Assembly (NCBI RefSeq): GCF_006345805.1
Contig: NW_021828764.1
Location: forward strand, 1-7,664
DNA length: 7,664 nt
Direction: 5' to 3'
Origin: Octopus sinensis
Lineage: Eukaryota
Shown: piece after piece, positions 7,549 to 7,664 of the stretch
How the letters are laid out: each line of letters begins with the position of its first letter
How positions within the stretch are numbered: the first letter of the stretch is position 1
Made by a program: the position numbers and the translations under genes
Notes under the pieces: model-generated
Seen by the model: the letters and a program-made list of their open reading frames with translations, nothing else
What the model was told of the DNA's origin: nothing
Databases searched by the model: none

Positions 7549-7664
7549 ATATATATATCCATAGACATATATCGTACATGTATATACATATGCATGTCGG
7601 TCTGTATATATGTATGTTTGTATATTACATGTGTGAATATATGTGTGTATCGCCAGGAACGAGC

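Overview
AT-rich, microsatellite-dense eukaryotic non-coding DNA (intronic or intergenic). The repeats resemble, from memory, octopus/cephalopod families; that taxonomic call is inference. No intact protein-coding gene is supported, and nearly all ORFs in the track are translations of simple repeats. Left to right: degenerate trinucleotide and (TA)n tracts; a ~920 bp non-autonomous Helitron on the minus strand (A|TC...CTAG|T, 612-1532) inserted into an (ATT)n tract; five head-to-tail copies of one tRNA-derived SINE family (1543-2860) joined through microsatellite tails; a long GA-rich tract; a decayed CAGACAAT-type repeat; many (TA)/(CA)/(CAC)/(TATG) tracts around one GC-richer island that may be an exon (4823-4959); a second non-autonomous Helitron in a (TA)n tract (6208-~6621, minus); a minus-strand tRNA/CORE-like SINE of a second family (~6791-7126); and the 3' end of a CR1/L2-group LINE (7296-7548). 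I found no novel biological system. The best observations concern how the mobile elements nest in and target each other's microsatellites.
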